DNA from: a virus
Length of the DNA: 64,000 bases
Reading direction: 5' to 3' (one strand)
IMG/VR virus record: IMGVR_UViG_3300011116_000574
Coordinates: 1 to 64,000 of that record
The position numbers and the translations under genes were made by a program. The notes under the pieces were generated by a model. It was not told the DNA's origin. It worked only from the letters and a program-made list of their open reading frames with translations, and ran no database searches. Shown here one piece after another: positions 19,825 through 30,052 of the stretch. Each line of letters starts with the position of its first letter. The first letter of the stretch is position 1.

Positions 19825-20016
19825 ATGACAGAACAAGAGTGGAACGATAGAGCAGACTGGATTCAATTTGGAATTGCTAAGGGGTGGGTAAGCGACACAT
19901 ATTGCAATACCCATGATGGCGGTCAGGAATACTGGACAGAGGAAGAAATGCTTGAATGGGAAGAGGGCAACGATCCATGTCAGACCGTAATTAGAGTTTT
20001 GGGCGTGGATTCTTGA
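19825..20016 (+). CDS. hypothetical protein
   Basis: Promoter TTGACA-N18-TACAAT and SD upstream; C.THDG...DPC. Confidence 0.7.
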   Translation: MTEQEWNDRADWIQFGIAKGWVSDTYCNTHDGGQEYWTEEEMLEWEEGNDPCQTVIRVLGVDS

Positions 20017-20231
20017 TAGAAGTTTTGGATAAAAAAAGACAATTAGTTCTAGCAGATAGGTGTGACCGATGTGGTTCACAGGCTTTTGTTTTGGTAAAAA
20101 TGGTTGCGGGAGAATTATATTTCTGTGGACACCATTACAACAAGCATGAAAAAGCACTAACCAAGATGTCTTTTGAAATTATTGACGAGCGTTGGGCTAT
20201 TAATGATAAGAGTGAATCTAGTGTCCAGTGA
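20013..20231 (+). CDS. actinobacterial small zinc-binding protein
   Basis: ADRCDRCGSQA...LYFCGHH. Confidence 0.7.
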   Translation: MIEVLDKKRQLVLADRCDRCGSQAFVLVKMVAGELYFCGHHYNKHEKALTKMSFEIIDERWAINDKSESSVQ

Positions 20232-20433
20232 TCAATATTTAGCTCTAGTTTATCGCATTTTAGATAAAATAAAGAGTCTCCATCAACCAATGGAATTTAC
20301 AATAAGCAATGGTAACACATACTTAATATGCAAAGAATGTAGTGGATACCGTCAAGAGTTAGCTAGGTACATGGCTCCACATAAATACCCTTGTGAAACA
20401 ATGAAACTAGCAGATAGCGTATAAAGGAACAGT

Positions 20434-20844
20434 ATGAAAAGCGTAGTAATCGTAGATATTGATGGCACAGTTGCCACAAGAACAAACAGAGATCCATTTG
20501 ATTATTCTAAAGTACTTGATGATGCCCCAAAGCCAGATGTAATTGAAGTTGTTGCTTCTTTATGGCGAGCGGGTCACAGGATTATTTTTGTTACCGCTAG
20601 GGATGACTCTTGCTTTAATGATACATTTAAATGGTTAACATTAAATTGTCCACCATTTATTAAATTGTATATGCGTAAGACAGGCGACACCAGATCGGAT
20701 GGAGTAATAAAGCGTGAAATTTACGAGAATTTAATTAAGCCAGAATACAGTGTTTTGTGCGTACTTGACGATAGACAGCGTGTTGTGGATATGTGGAGAT
20801 CAATTGGGCTTACCTGTTTACAGGTAGATTATGGAAATTTTTAA
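20434..20844 (+). CDS. polynucleotide 3'-phosphatase (PseT C-terminal-like HAD)
   Basis: DIDGT, VTAR, LYMRKTGDTRSD..IK, DDR..VVDMWR. Confidence 0.88.
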   Translation: MKSVVIVDIDGTVATRTNRDPFDYSKVLDDAPKPDVIEVVASLWRAGHRIIFVTARDDSCFNDTFKWLTLNCPPFIKLYMRKTGDTRSDGVIKREIYENLIKPEYSVLCVLDDRQRVVDMWRSIGLTCLQVDYGNF

Positions 20845-21049
20845 TGTTAATTAATAAACTTATGAAATATGCAGCAAAGCTGGGGTTAGACCCAGAAGAA
20901 CTCATGGAAATGACGGTTTTAGATGCTGCTCTGCTTATTGACTATACTCAGAATATGTGGGTAACGCTAGAAAAAAGCGTAGAATAAGCGTTTTAGTGTA
21001 TAATATATATAGGACTTTATGTCCAAACGAAACGAGGTGAATTAATATA

Positions 21050-21283
21050 ATGGATAACAACTTACAGAATAATACAGTTGTTCAGCCTTCAGCCAACCCA
21101 TCAACAGGTGTTAGTGCAAGCTCACCAGAAGGTGGGTCAGTACCATCAGTAAATGATCTTGGCGTAAACGAGGCTGTAAACATTGCTTCTTTTCCAACCA
21201 TCGGTAATGGAACAGACGCTTCTTTAACAATCGAACAGCCAGCAGGTGGACCGATTGTTGATGGTCAGGCAGGACCTAACTAA
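21050..21283 (+). CDS. low-complexity hypothetical protein
   Basis: GAGGTG SD after TGTATAAT promoter. Confidence 0.6.
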   Translation: MDNNLQNNTVVQPSANPSTGVSASSPEGGSVPSVNDLGVNEAVNIASFPTIGNGTDASLTIEQPAGGPIVDGQAGPN

Positions 21284-21303
21284 TTAATTAAGGGGATATT
21301 TTT

Positions 21304-22422
21304 ATGGCAGACAAAGGACATAAACCAACAAGCGGAATGAAATCCGCAGCAAGAAGAGCACTCGCATGGCACAAGGATGGCAAGCGTGGTGGTACTTCTG
21401 TTGGTTACGCCAGAGCAAATCAAATTGTAAACGGAGAATCTTTGTCCGATGATACCGTCAAGAGGATGTACTCTTTTTTCTCACGCCATGAGGTAGACAA
21501 AAAAGCCACAGGATTTAATTCTGGAGAAGAGGGCTACCCAAGTCCAGGCAGAGTTGCTTGGGACTTATGGGGCGGAGATGCAGGGTTTGCTTTTGCCCGA
21601 TCCAAAGTAAAGCACACAATCAAGAAAGAAATTATGGAGATGTTTGAAAAAACAATCGGAAATAATTCCAGCAAAGCGCATGACCCGATTGAAGAACCTG
21701 GTCATGTAGAATATTATGCAAAAGGAGGTGACAAGATAGATATGTCAGGAGAAGATAAAACAACAACAGAACCCGATCCAAAGGGTGATATTGCGGTAAC
21801 AAAGGCTGTGGACTCAGATCTGGCTCGCAGAAAGATTACAAAGGCAATTAAGTCTTTGGAGAAGGCTCTTAAGGGTCTACCAAATGTTGGTAGAGCATCG
21901 GATGTTTCCGTAGATAACGAAACATCACCTGTTGCAAAAGCAGCAGATCCAGATGTAAGCCGAGCAGATTCAGTTGATGTTTCAAACGAAACATCACCTG
22001 TAGCAAAGAATGTCGGAAATCCAGATGATGTTAAGGGCGATGGAGAATACTCTAAGCCAGCAAACGAACCAGTTAGCACAGACGCAGAACCTATGACTAA
22101 GGGAGCATGCTGTGAAGATTGTGGAGATGATTGCACATCAGAAAAGACTTGCTGCACAAAGTGCATGAAGATGGAGAAGGAATACGCATCGGCACCAGCA
22201 CCATCAGCAGCTTCTAGTACAGCACCAGTTACAGCATCAGTAGATGATTTGGAAAAGGCTGCAGATACAGATAAAGATGGCGATACAGAATCAGACACAG
22301 ATGAAGATGATGATGATAAGCCTGTTTACAAGTCTGCACAGGAATTAGTAGATGAAGCAAAGATCAACAAGAGCGTATGGGGTGGCGCATTTGCTGCACC
22401 AGCAGCTCCAAGAATCCAGTAG
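21304..22422 (+). CDS. candidate internal head protein with repeated hydrophobic-x-K-A/S sites
   Basis: Globular N-domain (RMYSFFSRH...AWDLWGG), internal NETSPVAK repeat, Cys cluster, C-terminal SVWGGAF. Confidence 0.65.
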   Translation: MADKGHKPTSGMKSAARRALAWHKDGKRGGTSVGYARANQIVNGESLSDDTVKRMYSFFSRHEVDKKATGFNSGEEGYPSPGRVAWDLWGGDAGFAFARSKVKHTIKKEIMEMFEKTIGNNSSKAHDPIEEPGHVEYYAKGGDKIDMSGEDKTTTEPDPKGDIAVTKAVDSDLARRKITKAIKSLEKALKGLPNVGRASDVSVDNETSPVAKAADPDVSRADSVDVSNETSPVAKNVGNPDDVKGDGEYSKPANEPVSTDAEPMTKGACCEDCGDDCTSEKTCCTKCMKMEKEYASAPAPSAASSTAPVTASVDDLEKAADTDKDGDTESDTDEDDDDKPVYKSAQELVDEAKINKSVWGGAFAAPAAPRIQ

Positions 22423-22437
22423 GATTTAAAATATTGG

Positions 22438-22467
22438 CTAATAGCGGTCTATGACCGCTATTAGCAT
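22438..22467 (+). terminator. intrinsic terminator
   Basis: GCTAATAGCGGTC-TAT-GACCGCTATTAGC followed by ATTTTT. Confidence 0.75.
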
Positions 22468-22486
22468 TTTTAGAAAGGTAAAAAAA

Positions 22487-22867
22487 ATGAGGGTATTAGT
22501 AATTGGAAGTAGAGAATGGGATAACTATTCTGAGGTTATGAGACAAATTACCTTACTTCTGGAAGACGCAAAGTACTATGATGATCCGCAATTAACTCTT
22601 GTGCATACCGCTAGTAAGGGTGCAGAAGACATGGTTACAGAGTACATAGGCAAAGTAGACAAATTTTTAAAACAAAAGGGGTATTCTATCAAGGAGGAAT
22701 TATTTAGAAATTCTAAGGACACTCCTAAATCTACCAATGATTATAATATGATATCCTTTGGGGCAGATTATGCTCTAATTTTTAGAACCCATGATGATAA
22801 GCGGGCAAGCTATTGTGAAAAGATTTTGCAAGAATTTGAAATTCCCACTAAAGTAATTAAAGATTAA
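22487..22867 (+). CDS. SLOG/YspA-like (DUF2493) protein
   Basis: MRVLVIGSREW...LVH...KGAE pattern. Confidence 0.65.
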   Translation: MRVLVIGSREWDNYSEVMRQITLLLEDAKYYDDPQLTLVHTASKGAEDMVTEYIGKVDKFLKQKGYSIKEELFRNSKDTPKSTNDYNMISFGADYALIFRTHDDKRASYCEKILQEFEIPTKVIKD

Positions 22868-23150
22868 TTGACGAATAAACAGTATAATGGTAAAATATAC
22901 TATTGACACAAACAACTCTAGAAAGGGTTATTGATGAAAGACCTAGTTGAACTAGACTACGAAAAAGCACATTCATTTGTAGCAAAGAATGCCAAGATTG
23001 GTTTCTTTTGGGATGGATGGGATATTGTTAAGTGGACCGAAAATGAAAATGGATTCACACAAAAAAACGGAATGTTTCGTAATGGTAAGTGGGGACACGC
23101 CATGAAGATTCCAATGACAAATGCTGGAACCTGGAAAGTATTAAACAGAT

Positions 23151-23471
23151 ATGTCTGAAATTATTGATGCATTGGGAATGATGCCAGAAGATGTTCGTTG
23201 GTATCATCTTGCTGCGTGTAGAAATATGCATGTAAACAATTTTTATGATTTCTATGAAAATGATCAGAGACTTGCCATGCAGATTGATGAAATGTGCATG
23301 GTTTGCCCTGTAGCACAACAGTGCTACGCAGAGGGAGTAAGAAATAAAGAGAAAGGTGTATGGGGCGGGATCTTTATGGATCTTGGTAGAGTTGATAAAC
23401 AAAACAATACCCATAAAACACTTGAAGTATGGAAGAGATTAAAGAAAATTCATGGAAGAAATAGTTTTTAA
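23151..23471 (+). CDS. whiB: WhiB-family transcription factor
   Basis: W..AAC...C..CPV..QC...GVWGG. Confidence 0.88.
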   Translation: MSEIIDALGMMPEDVRWYHLAACRNMHVNNFYDFYENDQRLAMQIDEMCMVCPVAQQCYAEGVRNKEKGVWGGIFMDLGRVDKQNNTHKTLEVWKRLKKIHGRNSF

Positions 23472-23928
23472 CGATGATGTAACCGCATACGAAAAGCCAA
23501 AAAGAATTGTTTATAACATTCAAATGGCTAAGGCTCTGCGTGACTTGAAGCCACCGTATAAAGGTATAGTATTAGAGGTTAGAGCTAGACCACACTGGCT
23601 TGCTTTAGTTGTCTACGAAGAAAATATCATGTCTTACAATGTGCATCAGCAGGAAAATATTATGCAATGGCTATGGATGGCTAGAGATTTGATTCAATCA
23701 TACGGAACTCGCTGTGAAATTGAGGGAATCAAATACCGTGAAGAGACAAAACTTTAACTATATAATTGTATATTTACCAGATGAAAAGGTATATGGAGAA
23801 GTTATTTCTTTGGGAACCTATGCATCAAAAGTACATTATATCAAAGACGGATTTGAGTATGAGTCTATTATACTTAATGAAGATTTTGAAATTTTAGAAC
23901 AAATAAATATTGAAGAGATAGAGGAATA

Positions 23929-24162
23929 ATGAATTGTTATTCATGCAATAAGCAAAAAAATCAATTGCATCCAGTTAATTCAGCTTTACTTAAAGGTACA
24001 TCCTTGCTGTTGTGTCAGACCTGTGCTGACCTTAAGTATGAACCAAGATGGGTAATTGTTATGGCTGGAAGACAGTTTGGGTCGGAGTATGTAAAAGACT
24101 ATATACTTAAGCGTAGATATGTTGGAAAGCTTATTTTAGCAGAAGATTTAATAGTGGAGTAA
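23929..24162 (+). CDS. small zinc-binding protein
   Basis: CYSC...CQTC. Confidence 0.65.
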   Translation: MNCYSCNKQKNQLHPVNSALLKGTSLLLCQTCADLKYEPRWVIVMAGRQFGSEYVKDYILKRRYVGKLILAEDLIVE

Positions 24163-24164
24163 TT

Positions 24165-24461
24165 TTGTTAGAAGTCGTAGAAAACATTGAACAAACATTT
24201 AATGGCAAATCAATTGTTTATTTTACTGCTACATGGTGTCAGCCTTGTAAGTTAATTAAACCACAATTTGCTAGAGCGGGAACAATCGACAAAAACAACA
24301 ACTATTTTGTTGTTGATGTGGACAATGTTGATCCCGAATATTTGGGCAAATATAATATTATGTCTGTCCCACAAATCCTGATACTTAATGATGGAGATGT
24401 AACAAAAAAAATTGAAGGTAGAACTTCAGAAGAAATACTAGAAGAGGTAAACAATGTATAA
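24165..24461 (+). CDS. thioredoxin
   Basis: FTATWCQPCK, IMSVP. Confidence 0.92.
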   Translation: MLEVVENIEQTFNGKSIVYFTATWCQPCKLIKPQFARAGTIDKNNNYFVVDVDNVDPEYLGKYNIMSVPQILILNDGDVTKKIEGRTSEEILEEVNNV

Positions 24462-24735
24462 ATTAGGAAAATTTTTTGGATGGCTAGTTAATTTAGCTTT
24501 GCATGTAGGAATTATTTATGATGGTGTACGAAACTTTCAGAATGGAAATTCCTTTGTTTTAAATATTATTGCTTATGTTTTTGTTGTAAGTGTAAAGCAA
24601 ATTATCAAGGCACTATCTTTTAATGCTGGTGCAACTGAGTACATTGCTTGGCATTTAACACAGCAGAGCGAAAAAGCAAACAATAAAAAAGATTCAATTA
24701 ATAATATTTTTAACAACATTACAAAGGATCTGTAA

Positions 24736-25281
24736 ATGACTTGTATTGCAGCGGTAGCCAAAGACGGTAAAGTTTACATGGGCGGGGATTCAGCAATGAC
24801 TGACGAAGGCTCTGGTATAGTAAGCCGTATGCATTTACCCAAAGTATTCATCAAAGGTGAATATATTGTAGGTTATGCTGGCAGTGCTAGATTTGGCAAA
24901 CTTATGCAACATGTATTTGAATATCCAAAGCCAATACAATCAATAAAAACATCTGAACAATTAGATGCATTTTTAAATGGTGTCGTAGTAACAGCACTTC
25001 GTAAACAGGCACAAGAAATGAGTCTCGAAAAGGAAGAGAAAGAAGACTTCCAGGTTTTGATCGGACTTCGTGGACACCTGTTTGAATTTGACGAAGATTG
25101 GGCTATGTTTGAGGTAGGTAGAAACTATAATGCAGTTGGTAGCGGTGCTGCTGTTGCGTTAGGGTCTCTATTTACCACAGAAGCTTGGAAAGATCCAAAT
25201 AAAAGAATTAGGGTGGCACTTGAAGCGTCATCTTTATACACCCCATATGTGGGTGAACCATTTGATATATTATCAATTTAA
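24736..25281 (+). CDS. HslV/proteasome-beta-like Ntn protease
   Basis: N-terminal MTCI, GGDS, GYAGS, AVGSG. Confidence 0.8.
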   Translation: MTCIAAVAKDGKVYMGGDSAMTDEGSGIVSRMHLPKVFIKGEYIVGYAGSARFGKLMQHVFEYPKPIQSIKTSEQLDAFLNGVVVTALRKQAQEMSLEKEEKEDFQVLIGLRGHLFEFDEDWAMFEVGRNYNAVGSGAAVALGSLFTTEAWKDPNKRIRVALEASSLYTPYVGEPFDILSI

Positions 25282-25342
25282 CTTGCATAATAATCATTAA
25301 TATTGTACTATAGACAAACACTTATATATAAGGAGAAAACAC

Positions 25343-25633
25343 ATGAGTGAAACACCAAAGGCAAAAACAACTGCAAAAAAGCCAGCAACAAAGAAAGCTG
25401 TAATTGCAGACAGCACAAATGCCGATAAGCCAGCAAAGGCTGTCAAGAAAGCACCTGCTAAAAAGACAGTAACAGATGCACCAGTTGCAAAAAAGGCACC
25501 AGCAAAAAGAAAGGCTACCCCAAAGGTTACTGGAACACCAGAAGTTCCAACAATTGCATGGGTAGAAGTTCCTGGAGCTGTAGGTCGCAAGGGCTTCTGG
25601 GCAAAGCTAAAAGCATTCTTTACAGGAAAGTAA
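25343..25633 (+). CDS. histone-like Lys/Ala-rich protein
   Basis: KKAPAKK repeats, amphipathic C-terminus. Confidence 0.65.
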   Translation: MSETPKAKTTAKKPATKKAVIADSTNADKPAKAVKKAPAKKTVTDAPVAKKAPAKRKATPKVTGTPEVPTIAWVEVPGAVGRKGFWAKLKAFFTGK

Positions 25634-25642
25634 GGTTAATTA

Positions 25643-25960
25643 GTGTCTGATTTAAATCCATTGGGTGATTGGGTATTAGCCAAACTCCCCAAGAAAGAAG
25701 CAGAAACAAAGACTTCTTTTGGTCTAATTATTACAGAAGATGCAGATGTTGAAGATGCATTACCAACGGCAGAAGTAGTGAGCGTTGGACCAGGAGGCAC
25801 CGACATAAATGGGAACAGGTTCCCAATGGATGTCGAAGTTGGAGATATCGTTACATACGCCCATCATAACGGCGTTAAGCATAAGATTGATGGCGAAGAC
25901 TATCTATTTCTTAATGTTAGGGCAGGTTATGTTCTAGCCGTAACAAAGGGCGGTAACTAA
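25643..25960 (+). CDS. groES: co-chaperonin GroES
   Basis: PLGDWVL, KTSFGLII, VVSVGPG, VEVGDIV, KIDGEDYLFL. Confidence 0.9.
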   Translation: MSDLNPLGDWVLAKLPKKEAETKTSFGLIITEDADVEDALPTAEVVSVGPGGTDINGNRFPMDVEVGDIVTYAHHNGVKHKIDGEDYLFLNVRAGYVLAVTKGGN

Positions 25961-26264
25961 TAATATGTCGGACAATTCTACACCTTTAAGCATACAAGAG
26001 CTAGAAGTAGCACTTGAAACAGTTGCTCGCAACTTGCTAGAAAAGTGGGCGATTGAAGATAGATTTACCGAAGAGCAAATGCTGGATTATATCCAATACT
26101 CGGTAGATGATGCTGCCTTTGTAATAAACAATTACATGACGGTAGTAAATGATCTTATGATTGCGAGAGCAACAGAGAACAGAATTATCACAGATTAGTT
26201 AAATAAAAAGTGGTATAATATAGGTAGGCGTGGGCAACCCCCACGCTTAATCTATATAAGGGGG

Positions 26265-26651
26265 ATGTTATTCATCCGAAATTTACTACGAAATATAAAC
26301 AAGAAAGCCGAATGGTTTTCAGACAGAGTATCCGACTTGTTCGGAAAGCCTATGTTTCTTTTAGTTCACACTATGTGGTGGGCTATATGGATATTGGGCG
26401 GGATTGAAAGATACCCTTACGGACTACTTACACTTACAGTATCACTAGAAGCTATATTATTGTCGGGCTTAATTCTCAATAGTTCAAACAGAGCTGCTAG
26501 AGAAGATAAACGCCTAATGAATAAAGACTATAATCTTAGCCAAGATACTAACGAGATAGTAGATCGTATGTGGGAAGAAATTCAAGACCTTAAAGCATTA
26601 ATTAGATCAGAGCAGATGGAACACCATGCTGACCTTGATGATGAAATGTAA
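26265..26651 (+). CDS. DUF1003 membrane protein
   Basis: YPYGLLTLTVSLEAI.LS..IL.S.NR. Confidence 0.75.
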   Translation: MLFIRNLLRNINKKAEWFSDRVSDLFGKPMFLLVHTMWWAIWILGGIERYPYGLLTLTVSLEAILLSGLILNSSNRAAREDKRLMNKDYNLSQDTNEIVDRMWEEIQDLKALIRSEQMEHHADLDDEM

Positions 26652-26668
26652 CACTCAGTAGTAAAAAG

Positions 26669-26698
26669 ATAGGGCACACAAAACATGTGTGCCCTATT
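26669..26698. terminator. hairpin between convergent gene blocks
   Basis: ATAGGGCACACA-N6-TGTGTGCCCTAT. Confidence 0.7.
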
Positions 26699-26889
26699 CC
26701 TTATCCCGCCCTAGCTGGAATACCCCTAGAATATTTTAAATTCTCTATTTGATTTATCAAACTTATTATACATTATATACCCCTGTATTTAACTCTCTAG
26801 ATAACACTTAGCACATAGTTCATTATCGTTCTTATCCCAGAACCATATGTCTAATTTTTTCTTACTACTGCATTTAATACATACTGCCA

Positions 26890-27885
26890 TTATTGCTCAC
26901 CGTCTAATGCTTTACTAAGCTCTCTTGCAACTCCGCTAAACACTGCTGCAGGTGCAAACCTTGGGTCAAGTTCTGTTGCAAAAGTTTCGTATCTTTCTAT
27001 CAGTTTACGCACTTGCAGAACTGATTGCTCTGTTTTATATAATTTGCCTTGAGTTGCCAAAAGTTCTCCAACTATGACATCTTCATGACCAAAAGGCATA
27101 TCGCAATCAGTTCTGTAGTCTGACAGCAAATTACATAACCATTTAATAAACTTTGTTAATAGTTTCATTCTTGCTCACCATCTAGGGCTTCGTTGTATTG
27201 AATGTTCAGTGCTTGAACAATGCGAATTAGATACAAATCATCTTCTACAAATGAATCAGGGTGCTTTATTAGGTAGTGGCGCATCAAGCCAAATGGGGTG
27301 AGTTTCTTCACCCTAATGTGTGACCAACCTTTCTTGGCTTCCTCTTTGCGTTTCTTGGTTCGACATGCCCCACACTTCACGCGAGAAGGCATAGGTGGCA
27401 CTTCTACTTCATTCATCCTTGCTCACCGCCTAACGCTTTGATTGTTCCACACGGGTAATCTTGGTCGCAGTATTCACAATGCTCTCCCCAGTCTTTGTCT
27501 AGTTGTATTGGCTTATGCAATTCACGCACACGCTGAATGGCTGCTCTTGCTTCTAGTAGTGGTGTCATTTCAAAGTCATAGCAAATACTGCATGAGCCAC
27601 AACCGCATTCATTGGTTTTATTCATTATTCACCTTCAAAGTAATTAATAGCCCTAATGGTGGGGCAGGGATAAGGAATAACCTCAGATTCAAATGGTGTA
27701 AAGCTACTACAATGATCACATATATAATCATCATATGGACCAGGTACCTCTTTATGTAGTTCATTTACACGCTCCACAGCCCATAATAATTCTTTTTCCA
27801 TACTATTCCTTATTGATTCATTCACTTTTATTTCCGTTCCACATCTCCAACCAAATTCGGCGGGATTTTCAAAAGATTCACTCAT
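26890..27885 (-). CDS. four coupled small hypothetical genes (27625-27885, 27413-27625, 27165-27416, 26890-27168)
   Basis: Overlapping stop/start; similar ends ALDGEQ/ALDGEQE/ALGGEQG; leaderless TTGACA-N17-TATAGT promoter at ~27892-27920. Confidence 0.7.
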
Positions 27886-27939
27886 AGATATACTATACTA
27901 TATACATACATATATGTCAATAGATAACACATACTCTGA

Positions 27940-28190
27940 TATTCACAGGTTATCCACACATGTTGATAAACATAAAGTTAGTTACACTAAAGCATAGCTT
28001 TATCCACAGGTAATAACAAGTTATACACAACTTATCCACAATAAATGCACCCGTATTGGAATTAAATATAATATTAGACAAGCTAATTAGATATATGTGT
28101 TATGGAGCATAACATATTAACCCTCGTAATGTCAAGTATTTTGACCAAAATTGTACCAAAATTGTACAAAATTTGTATAAAATGACTGCT
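27940..28190. promoter_or_regulatory. DnaA-box cluster with AT-rich iterated repeats (candidate replication origin)
   Basis: TTATCCACA at 27950, 28000, 28032; TTATACACA at 28021; TGTTGATAA at 27961; TTGTACCAAAA-like tandem repeats at ~28140-28184. Confidence 0.65.
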
Positions 28191-28507
28191 TTTTGCTTGA
28201 AAACAAGCTATTTTGCAGAGATTTTATACGATGTTCGTAATGTTGTATTTATATAGCCCACCCGCCCCCACATATATGTATATTTATTTTGATAGACATT
28301 CCAGAGATTTTTTTGGGGGGTTCGTAATAGGGGTTATATAGCGGGCGGGACAAAAAATATATTAGGGCATAGAGAAACCCCCTAGATCTACCGCTTATCT
28401 AGGGGGCTATATTATAGACTTGGCAGAAATAGCCTGAACGCCTATGTATGTTCTATTATACTATTAGATATATTAGATGTCAAGGGAGTTTTTAATTCCC
28501 CCGACTT

Positions 28508-28750
28508 TTATAGTTTCATCTGGTCGCATAAGTCGCCGATAGTTCCCATTGTACCTGGTCTAGCCAGACCACGCCGTTGGCGTTCTGCCATTAGATTGAC
28601 ATACTCTGTGATAATCTCAAAGAATTGCCAATTCACTTCATCTGTTTCTACCGAAATGGCGGAAGCAAACAAAAATGGAGAGAACCTACTATCGTGTACC
28701 GCTTCAACCAATGCTGAAACTGCTTTACCTGTTTTATCTCTAGTGGACAT
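28508..28750 (-). CDS. hypothetical protein
   Basis: AAGGAG SD and TGTC-N12-TACACT promoter. Confidence 0.7.
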   Translation of the reverse strand: MSTRDKTGKAVSALVEAVHDSRFSPFLFASAISVETDEVNWQFFEIITEYVNLMAERQRRGLARPGTMGTIGDLCDQMKL

Positions 28751-28804
28751 ACTTCTCCTTATTTAGTTGTGACCTACAAGTGTACCATACATTACCGACA
28801 TAAA

Positions 28805-29164
28805 TCAAGCAATTCTTACAATTTTGTCATCGCTGCGTACAACAATTTTTGGAGCTGTAACCTTTTCACACTCACACCAAATCATATGTTGAGAGCATGC
28901 TGCACAGTTTACAAAGCCTACTTTATAACCTTCCTTGGTATACCCATAAAGGCTTCTAGCTTCACGCTGTAGGGTTTGTGGCTTTAGCCTGGTACTTTTA
29001 GTACCCCCAAAGTCTTTTACTTTATTTAGCTTTAATTTAGGTTGATCGTCATCGAACACCCCATCATATTTAGCTAATTCAATTTTCATTAGGTCGTTAA
29101 ATCGACCACGCTCGCCCACGGTGAATCCTAGGCTTCTTAGATATTCTCGTTTAGTCATTGTCAT
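28805..29164 (-). CDS. Lsr2-like DNA-binding protein with C-terminal Cys cluster
   Basis: REYLRSLGFTVGERGRF resembles the Lsr2 RGR AT-hook domain; CAAC...CEC. Confidence 0.6.
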   Translation of the reverse strand: MTMTKREYLRSLGFTVGERGRFNDLMKIELAKYDGVFDDDQPKLKLNKVKDFGGTKSTRLKPQTLQREARSLYGYTKEGYKVGFVNCAACSQHMIWCECEKVTAPKIVVRSDDKIVRIA

Positions 29165-29235
29165 TTCCATTTCTAATAGTCTTACCAAATATGATAGCTG
29201 TGGGTAATCCCACAGCCAACCATATAACTAAATAC

Positions 29236-29703
29236 TTAAGCATTTGTTGCTTCCCAATTCTCGTCATCTTTAATAAATTCTACTGCCCAATCTACAGCCT
29301 CATAGAACGCACCATGTACTTCACCTTCTGGCAGCACATCATCGTTCCATACTTCCCACCAAGGGTTATTTTGGTAGATATCAATTCCTCGTTCGTTCCA
29401 CCACAAATCATATAACTGACCCAAATCAAAGTCGGTCTTAGCAAATCGTTCTAGGTCATCGGTGTAGCGGCACACATTAATATCATGCTCTACCCATTGA
29501 CCTGGGTTATCCAAATCTTCGGCGGGAATTGAAATACGCATCTCTCCATTACGAGCTACATGAAGTACACGATCCTTATACTCTACTAGGGCAAATGTTT
29601 CACAATCATTTGAATAGGTATAAAACTCTGCAAACTGCTTATCTTCATATACAATCTCTGTATAGGTAATAGTTACATCATCTCGGTATTCTTTAAGTTC
29701 CAT
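29236..29703 (-). CDS. acidic hypothetical protein
   Basis: SD AAGGA; NNPWWEV motif. Confidence 0.7.
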   Translation of the reverse strand: MELKEYRDDVTITYTEIVYEDKQFAEFYTYSNDCETFALVEYKDRVLHVARNGEMRISIPAEDLDNPGQWVEHDINVCRYTDDLERFAKTDFDLGQLYDLWWNERGIDIYQNNPWWEVWNDDVLPEGEVHGAFYEAVDWAVEFIKDDENWEATNA

Positions 29704-30052
29704 TATAGGTTATTCCTTACTGTTGATATAGCACTAGCATACCCGTTATGCCAAGCTTTGTCAAGGTCTATTTCTTGATAATCCCCTGCCTCTAAAAGTC
29801 TATCCCAATTCTTTGCATCTTGCTCTTCTATTTCTTTAAGTACGGCAAACATATGTTCAATTAATTCATCTTTAGTCATTTGTAAACTCCACAGTAATAT
29901 AGTCCATTAGTTCGTTTTCATTAGATAGATTAGTTATATCTGTACAGAAAGCTTCTTTAGCATACTGTACTAATTCTTCTTCTGTCATATCTTCTACATC
30001 AATTGGCTCAAAGGCGGGATTGATGTAAAAAGTAATAGATGTTTTAAGTACT

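Noticed and set aside
21714-22298. 194-aa antisense ORF and similar shadow ORFs (e.g. 5976-6326, 19684-20157, 25297-25590, 34425-34676)
   Set aside because: They lie opposite or out of frame to well-supported genes, with no SD or recognisable motifs.
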